Below, piece by piece: positions 59,826 to 64,000 of a stretch of DNA of 64,000 nt; positions within the stretch are counted from its first letter, which is position 1, and each line of letters begins with the position of its first letter. Origin of the DNA: Spirochaetia bacterium (GTDB taxonomy: Bacteria; Spirochaetota; Spirochaetia; SZUA-6; Bin103); assembly GCA_965198005.1 (NCBI GenBank), contig CBDAOI010000004.1:1408001-1472000 (forward strand), read 5' to 3'. A model generated the notes under the pieces. The model was not told the origin of the DNA, ran no database searches, and saw nothing but the letters and a program-made list of their open reading frames with translations. The position numbers were made by a program, and so were the translations under genes.

Positions 59826-60878
59826 ATGAGTGCAGCCGCGGAGGATGCGCCGCCCGACGGCGTGCCGATACACTCCGCCGGTCTCACGGGTCCGCAGAAG
59901 GCGGCCGTTGTTCTGGTCAGTCTGGGGGCCGAGTTCGCGGCCGAGATCTTCACGCACCTGCGGGAGGACGAGATCGAGCAATTGACGCTCGAGGTCGCCC
60001 GGATGGAGGCAATTGCGCCCGCCGAACAGGACCGTGCGCTGGCCGAGTTTCAGGAGTTGATGCTCGCTCCCGGCGAAGCGTCCACCAGCGGGCTCGACTT
60101 CGCGCGGGAGATTCTTGAGAAGTCTCTCGGTGCCGACCGGGCCGGGGCGATTGTCAGCCGTCTGGCGCGGGCCATGCATGAGCGGCCGTTCGAGTTCATA
60201 CGCCGTACCGATCCGGTCCGCCTGATCGCGTTCATTCGGGATGAACATCCGCAAACGATTGCGCTCATACTGGGATACCTGACTCCGGCCAAGGCGTCCG
60301 CCATTCTCGGCCGACTGCCGTTCGAGACCCAGTCCGACATTTCGCACCGCATCGCGACCATGGACCGCACGGCTCCCGAGGTCGTGCGCGAAGTGAGCCG
60401 GGTGCTGCGCCGCAAGCTCGCCGCGCTGTCGGCGGATGGGTACGTAGCCTCGGGCGGGGTCGAGGCGATCGTCCAGATCCTGAGTCTGGTGGACCGCTCT
60501 ACCGAACAGACCATCATCGAGGCGCTCGAGCAGGACGCGCCCGGTCTGGCGGCGGAGATCAAACAGCGCCTGTTCCTGTTCGAAGATCTGGTACGACTCG
60601 ACGACGCCGGCATCCAGGCGGTGTTGCGCGAAGTCGACCGGTCACGGCTCGCCCGGGCCTTGAAGGCGGCGGATCCCGCGGTGCACGAGAAGATCTTCCG
60701 CAACCTGTCCGCACGAGCCGCGGCGTTGCTCAGAGAGAGCATCGAAGGCCTCGGCCCGATTCGGCTCAAGCAACTGGAGGCTGCGCAGCAGGACCTGGTA
60801 GCACTGGTCCGCAAGTTGCAGGAGCAAGGTGAAGTAGCGCTCGCGGCCGATATTGACCCCCAACAGACAATCTCGTAA
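59826..60878 (+). CDS. fliG: Flagellar motor switch protein FliG
   Basis: LTGPQKAAVVLVSLG, EHPQTIALIL, GGVEA, LFLFEDL, NLSARAA, GPIRL. Confidence 0.93.
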   Translation: MSAAAEDAPPDGVPIHSAGLTGPQKAAVVLVSLGAEFAAEIFTHLREDEIEQLTLEVARMEAIAPAEQDRALAEFQELMLAPGEASTSGLDFAREILEKSLGADRAGAIVSRLARAMHERPFEFIRRTDPVRLIAFIRDEHPQTIALILGYLTPAKASAILGRLPFETQSDISHRIATMDRTAPEVVREVSRVLRRKLAALSADGYVASGGVEAIVQILSLVDRSTEQTIIEALEQDAPGLAAEIKQRLFLFEDLVRLDDAGIQAVLREVDRSRLARALKAADPAVHEKIFRNLSARAAALLRESIEGLGPIRLKQLEAAQQDLVALVRKLQEQGEVALAADIDPQQTIS

Positions 60879-60891
60879 TCTTATCGATGCC

Positions 60892-61719
60892 ATGCACTTC
60901 GGTTCGACGCGCCCATCCGGACCTGCGTTCCGCGGCTGGCCTGCGGGGCTGGTCGCGCTTGTCGTAAGCTTGGCGGCCGCGGTCGCCGCCTTCCCCGCAC
61001 CGAGCGCCGACACCGAGGCCGCCCCCGCGCCGGCGGCCCCCGCGTCGTTTGCCGTGGTGGAGCTGTTTACCTCGCAAGGGTGCAACAGTTGCCCGCGGGC
61101 GGATCAGGCGCTGGCAGCGCTGGTGCACGAAACCCACGGTCAGCTACCGGTGTACTCGATCGAGTGGCACGTCGATTACTGGGACTATCTCGGCTGGCCG
61201 GATCCGTACGCACTGCCCGAAGCGGCACCGCGGCAGCGGCGCTACAGCCGGATGCTGAACAGCCGGACCTATACGCCGCAGATGGTAGTGAATGGAAGAA
61301 TCATCGTGCGTCCGGCCCAGGATGCGGCCCTGGTGCGGTCGACGGCGTTGAATCTGCTTGAGCCGGAACGGCCAGGTGACGTCAGCTTGACCGTGGCCGT
61401 ACGCGTGCGGCGGCCGGGTTCGGTGGAAGTGGACTGTTCCGTGGCGGGCGCCCCGAGCAACGCGATCTTGACGTTGGTGGTGGTGGAGCGCGGCCTGGAG
61501 AACTACGTTCCGCGCGGCGAGAACGCCGGTCGCACGTTGCAGCACGCAAATGTCGCGCGTGGTTTCGCCACGGTCGACCTGGGCGAGATGGCAGACGGAT
61601 CGCGGTCGGTGCCGGTCACGATTCCACCCGAGGTGGAGACCGGCCGCAGCTCGGTCATCGCCTACCTCCAGGACAGAGCAACATTGCGTATCGTCGGCGC
61701 GGCGATGGCCCCGCTTTGA
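60892..61719 (+). CDS. DUF1223 thioredoxin-like secreted protein
   Basis: VVELFTSQGCNSCP, HVDYWDYLGWPDP, YTPQMVVNG, RGENAGRTL. Confidence 0.9.
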   Translation: MHFGSTRPSGPAFRGWPAGLVALVVSLAAAVAAFPAPSADTEAAPAPAAPASFAVVELFTSQGCNSCPRADQALAALVHETHGQLPVYSIEWHVDYWDYLGWPDPYALPEAAPRQRRYSRMLNSRTYTPQMVVNGRIIVRPAQDAALVRSTALNLLEPERPGDVSLTVAVRVRRPGSVEVDCSVAGAPSNAILTLVVVERGLENYVPRGENAGRTLQHANVARGFATVDLGEMADGSRSVPVTIPPEVETGRSSVIAYLQDRATLRIVGAAMAPL

Positions 61720-61737
61720 GCGCTCCGGTCCTGGCCT

Positions 61738-62634
61738 GTGATCGTGCCCCTGACGGGTAGGGCGCGGCTCCGGTGCGGGCTGGCGCGCAGCCTGCTGCTC
61801 GCGCTGGTGGCGCTCGTTGCCGGCTGCGGCGCCGGCGACCGCGAGTCCGAGGCGGCCGCCGTGGCCGGCTTGGTCGAGGGCGCCGGATTCGTGGACGTCG
61901 GCGGGGAAACGTCGCGGTTCAGCGGCGTCGTGCTGGACCATGCGGGGGCCCCCCTGTCCGGTGTTGCGGTGGCGATGTGCGGGAGTGCGTGCTGGCCGGC
62001 GCGGACCGATGGCAACGGCAGGTTCATATTCGAGGAGCTCCCGGTCGAGCGGTACGCGTTGGACGTGCGCGGCGAGTCGGTTGCCGAGCGTCCGCTCACT
62101 TCAGTGGTGTTTCCCGTGGAGCTGGCAGCAGGCGTCCAGGAATTACCCGCGCCGGTAAGGCTGCAGGATGCGGTGCCCGCCACCCGCTGGAACGATACCG
62201 ACGCGATGAGCCTGTCCGGGCTGGTTCTGGTTCCGAGCGCCGGCGTCGATCTGGCCGCCCTGGAGCGGATCGACGAGGCCGCGGCCTCCGGCGGCGCCGA
62301 ACACCGGGTGGCGTTCGGCGGCGCCCGCGTCCCGGCCGGTGCCTGGCCCGCGTATCGCCTGGTCCTGGATGACGTGGCCTACGAGCCGGTTGCGATGTGG
62401 GCGTTGCGCCCGTTCGGTGTGCGCACCGGAGCCCCGGTGGGGATTCGGGTTTCGCACCCGGAGCCGGATGCGCCGCGGGAGCTGGCGTTCTTCACGGTCG
62501 ACCTGGTAACCGGTGTCGCCGAAGCGCTCGGGCGGGCGGTGATCGACGGGTCGATGGTGCGGACTGAGCCGGGCCGCGGCATCGAAACCCTGACCATGAT
62601 CATCCTGGCCGCACGCCGGCACGCGGAGCCTTGA
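61738..62634 (+). CDS. Putative lipoprotein with carboxypeptidase-regulatory-like beta domain
   Basis: Lipobox LVAGC; GVVLD..GAPLSGVAV...RTDGNGRF. Confidence 0.7.
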   Translation: MIVPLTGRARLRCGLARSLLLALVALVAGCGAGDRESEAAAVAGLVEGAGFVDVGGETSRFSGVVLDHAGAPLSGVAVAMCGSACWPARTDGNGRFIFEELPVERYALDVRGESVAERPLTSVVFPVELAAGVQELPAPVRLQDAVPATRWNDTDAMSLSGLVLVPSAGVDLAALERIDEAAASGGAEHRVAFGGARVPAGAWPAYRLVLDDVAYEPVAMWALRPFGVRTGAPVGIRVSHPEPDAPRELAFFTVDLVTGVAEALGRAVIDGSMVRTEPGRGIETLTMIILAARRHAEP

Positions 62635-62667
62635 GTCCGCCGCCCGGCTGCCGTACACTCGCGCCGC

Positions 62668-63708
62668 ATGAACCTCCATACACGTACCCGCTCGCTGGGC
62701 AGCCTGCTGCCGGTCCCGCTGGTCTTGATCTTCGGGCTCGCCGCGTGCGCCTCCGGCGACCAGCACCCCGATTTTGACGACGGACTGTACGCGGCACTCG
62801 AGACCGACCGAGGCACCATCTACCTGCGGCTCGAATACGAACGGACCCCGCTCACGGTCGCCAACTTCGTGGGCCTCGCCGAGGGCACCCTTGCGTATGA
62901 AAACCGGGACGCCAAACGGTTCTACGACGGCCTCACCTTTCACCGGGTGATCGACGACTTCATGATCCAGGGCGGCGATCCGCTCGGCACCGGCGCCGGC
63001 GGTCCGGGATACCGCTTTCCGGACGAGATCGTGCCGGAGCTCACCCACGACGGGCCGGGAGTACTGTCGATGGCGAACGCCGGCCCCAATACCAATGGCA
63101 GCCAGTTCTTCATTACCCACGTCGCCACGCCGTGGCTCGACGGCAAGCACACCGTGTTCGGGGCGGTGGTCGAGGGGCAGGAGGTGGTCGATGCCGTGCA
63201 ACAGGGCGACGTGATCCGGAACCTCACGATCCTGCGCATCGGCGACGCAGCCAAGGCGTTCCAGGTTGATCAGGCACGGTACGACGACCTGCTGGCACAG
63301 GCACGCAACTCCATCCAACAGTCGGCCGAGGAGGCGCGGGCGGAGACGGAGCGGATCGTAGCCGCCAACTGGCCCGATGCGGTCGAGACTGCTTCCGGCC
63401 TGCGCTACGTGGTCGTGCAGCCGGGCAGCGGGACCCGTTCACCGGTGCGCGGGCAGCGGGTGACCGTCCACTACACGGGCAAGCTGCTGGACGGTTCCAC
63501 GTTCGACAGCTCGGTTGCCCGCGGCGCCCCCGCCGAGTTCATGATCGGACAACTCATCCGCGGCATGAACGAGACGCTGATGGGCATGACCGAGGGCGAG
63601 CAACGGATCGCCATCATCCCGCCCGAGCTCGGCTACGGCGAGCGCGGGCAGGGGCCGATTCCGCCGAACGCGTACCTGGTGTTCGAGCTGGAGTTGATCT
63701 CCTTCTGA
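62668..63708 (+). CDS. Peptidyl-prolyl isomerase, cyclophilin-FKBP fusion, lipoprotein
   Basis: [54 protein letters not shown]; lipobox LAAC. Confidence 0.94.
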   Translation: MNLHTRTRSLGSLLPVPLVLIFGLAACASGDQHPDFDDGLYAALETDRGTIYLRLEYERTPLTVANFVGLAEGTLAYENRDAKRFYDGLTFHRVIDDFMIQGGDPLGTGAGGPGYRFPDEIVPELTHDGPGVLSMANAGPNTNGSQFFITHVATPWLDGKHTVFGAVVEGQEVVDAVQQGDVIRNLTILRIGDAAKAFQVDQARYDDLLAQARNSIQQSAEEARAETERIVAANWPDAVETASGLRYVVVQPGSGTRSPVRGQRVTVHYTGKLLDGSTFDSSVARGAPAEFMIGQLIRGMNETLMGMTEGEQRIAIIPPELGYGERGQGPIPPNAYLVFELELISF

Positions 63709-63737
63709 CCGGCACGGTGCGGAGCTTGACTGGTGGT

Positions 63738-64000
63738 GTGGACGTACGCACGGAACTGTCGAAGCAGGCGATCAACGCGCTGCCGCTCGGGGGGTTTCCG
63801 GGGCGTATCCGGGTGGTGGGGTTCGACGACGCGGCCGGCGCGTGCGCGGCGTTGCGGCGCAGCGCGTACCGGGCCGGCCGGCCGGTGCTGGGGTTCGACA
63901 CCGAGTCCAGACCCGCGTTCAGTCGCGGTGAGCGCTATCCCATCGCCCTGGTGCAACTCGCCACGGCGGAGATTGCGGGTCTGTTCCGGCTCGCGCCCGG
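63738..64000 (+). CDS. 3'-5' exonuclease (RNase D/WRN-like), partial
   Basis: Manual translation: ELSKQAINALPL...VLGFDTESRPAFSRGERYPIALVQLAT (ExoI DxE motif). Confidence 0.82.
   Translation, partial: MDVRTELSKQAINALPLGGFPGRIRVVGFDDAAGACAALRRSAYRAGRPVLGFDTESRPAFSRGERYPIALVQLATAEIAGLFRLAP

Overview
GC-rich bacterial chromosome segment, most likely from a Spirochaetota lineage. This is an inference from the stand-alone fliG, the NusG-II/DUF1312 gene, the amidase+GerMN pair and the signal-peptide style. The window has four parts. (1) 1-12760 is accessory: a lower-GC peptide/nickel-family ABC module, a 102-bp-period array of three sigma70-like promoters, and a deletion-scarred mosaic of CoA-transferase, hot-dog, serine-hydrolase, HigBA-like and permease fragments. 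Within that mosaic an AAA/DUF4143 ATPase, a biotin carboxylase, vapBC and a dppC-like permease keep open frames. (2) 12778-48600 is mostly housekeeping: PreP-like M16 peptidase, hpt, proS, ftsI-like PBP, guaB, serS, a coxGSLM-like molybdoenzyme, xseAB, amidase, nhaP, manC and a liv-type ABC operon. It is interrupted by a small lower-GC islet (promoter, tandem hairpin repeats, Zn-ribbon and membrane ORFs) and a 42-bp tandem-repeat coiled-coil gene. (3) 48676-57609 is a monocistronic giant (~2977 aa) lipoprotein of 13 beta-rich domains joined by Ala/Met-rich 11-residue-periodic helices. (4) The end carries an RNHCP gene, tRNA-Val(GAC), an RRM gene with a structured leader, fliG, DUF1223, a cyclophilin-FKBP PPIase and a partial 3'-5' exonuclease. 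Many core genes look leaderless, with a -10 hexamer 5-8 nt before the start codon and no Shine-Dalgarno. I saw no CRISPR array, rRNA, integrase or transposase. Some frameshifts may be assembly errors. All calls come from motif recognition by eye; no searches were run.
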